From a virus, in IMG/VR virus record IMGVR_UViG_3300028615_000137, positions 42,350-106,349 of that record: a stretch of DNA of 64,000 nucleotides. The stretch is one strand, 5' to 3'. Position numbers and translations under genes: made by a program. The notes beneath the pieces were generated by a model. It made no database searches. It had not been told where the DNA came from and worked only from the letters and a program-made list of their open reading frames with translations. This document shows, piece by piece, positions 63,893-64,000 of the stretch (position 1 is its first letter; each line of letters starts with the position of its first letter).

Positions 63893-64000
63893 ATGGAAAA
63901 GAAAATGACTCGACAAGAACTTATCGAAAAGTATGAAAAGGGGGAAAGGGATTTTGAAGGGGTAGATCTCAGCTATGCGGATCTGGGTTACCTCAATCTC
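63893..64000 (+). CDS. pentapeptide repeat protein 6 (truncated by the window end)
   Basis: 63857-64000 identical to 61685-61828. Confidence 0.85.
   Translation, partial: MEKKMTRQELIEKYEKGERDFEGVDLSYADLGYLNL

Noticed and set aside
63580-63936. 118-aa ORF crossing the promoter cassette
   Set aside because: Overlaps gene 63399-63788 and the non-coding cassette; an incidental open frame, also seen at 55096-55227
49965-64000. Diversity-generating retroelement acting on the pentapeptide genes
   Set aside because: No reverse transcriptase in the window, and differences between copies are not confined to adenines; the pattern fits repeat-unit exchange
1-64000. Prophage or integration module
   Set aside because: No integrase, repressor, att-like junction or host genes seen in the window

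Overview
This is a 64-kb segment of a tailed dsDNA bacteriophage with a contractile tail (myovirus morphotype). It is AT-rich, and essentially every credible gene lies on the + strand. Gene order: head-completion/neck genes (0.2-4.5 kb); tail sheath, tube, a frameshifted chaperone, tape measure, baseplate and fibre (4.5-24 kb); a non-canonical lysis/membrane cluster (24-29.4 kb); small genes and two tRNAs; a self-contained replication/recombination module with SF2 helicase, DnaB, DnaG, family-B polymerase, UvsY-like, SSB, RecA, SbcCD, RuvC-like and an adenine MTase (33-47.5 kb); a large terminase carrying a Met-initiated class 3 intein (52.1-54.4 kb); a repeat-rich non-coding block that is a candidate genome end/pac site or origin (55.9-56.7 kb); and an early-type region of small genes driven by repeated promoters. 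No integrase, capsid or portal gene is visible. The most unusual signal is a family of six mosaic pentapeptide-repeat genes linked to a repeated promoter+RBS cassette of about 62 bp that shows chimeric junctions, a candidate recombination-shuffled repertoire of DNA-mimic effectors. Also notable: a caspase-fold (clan CD) enzyme in the endolysin position, a rare tRNA-Ile(UAU), several orphan HicB-like genes, apparently leaderless early genes, a G GGT TTT -1 frameshift and a split sbcD. The tail proteins resemble, from memory only, those of Myxococcota prophages; the host is unverified.
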